64,000 bases of DNA from Candidatus Latescibacterota bacterium (GTDB lineage Bacteria > Latescibacterota > UBA2968 > UBA8231): contig OZ252098.1 of assembly GCA_965248355.1 (NCBI GenBank), positions 896,001-960,000 of the forward strand, in the 5' to 3' direction. A program made the translations under genes and the position numbers. Under the pieces are notes generated by a model. That model had not been told where the DNA came from, did not search any database, and was given only the letters and a program-made list of their open reading frames with translations. Shown piece after piece: positions 63,794-64,000 of this stretch. The number at the start of each line of letters is the position of its first letter. Positions within the stretch are counted from its first letter, which is position 1.

Positions 63794-64000
63794 TGGATCC
63801 GCCTGCCGCGGCGCCGTCCCCCTTCACAGCCGCGGTACGGGACTGGAGGCGCTCCTTCGACGACCGCGGCTCCGCCCTTGGCCGGGATCTGCAGCAGCTC
63901 TACGGCGAGGAGTGTGAAGCCTGGCGCCGCCGATACGGGGAGGCCCTCTCGGCTTTCGTCGATCGGTATCCCGGGGGCGGGGAGGGACGCCCGGTGGTCA
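63793..64000 (+). CDS. CDS truncated by window end, possibly GHMP/galactokinase-family N-terminus
   Basis: ATG overlaps the upstream stop (TGATG); open to the end: MDPPAAAPSPF...LQQLYGEE...RYGEALSAFVDRYPG..RPVV. The diagnostic APGRV motif would lie beyond the window. Confidence 0.4.
   Translation, partial: MDPPAAAPSPFTAAVRDWRRSFDDRGSALGRDLQQLYGEECEAWRRRYGEALSAFVDRYPGGGEGRPVV

Overview
High-GC bacterial chromosome segment, densely coding: about 60 CDS, one tRNA-Asn, and no CRISPR, rRNA, integrase or transposase that I can see. The gene content (PorV-like barrel, Wzi-like barrel, short RpoD-type sigma, RNase Y, FGE-fold lipoprotein, several enolase-superfamily and SSS genes) suggests a diderm of the FCB group, possibly Latescibacterota/Gemmatimonadota-like; this is inference only. 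Housekeeping genes (eno, sodA, iscU, rny, dxr, queD, pabB, panB) are mixed with catabolic and envelope genes. The most notable locus is 25.3-30.1 kb, a phage-shock (Psp)-type operon apparently rewired as a two-component system. It has tandem PspF-type enhancer palindromes, an IHF-like box and a consensus sigma54 promoter upstream of pspA. Downstream are three small membrane proteins (one absent from the ORF track), a soluble TPR histidine kinase, and a PspF-like activator that has gained a receiver domain and lost the PspA-sensing Trp. Starts were re-called by eye and family assignments come from recalled motifs; no database searches were run.
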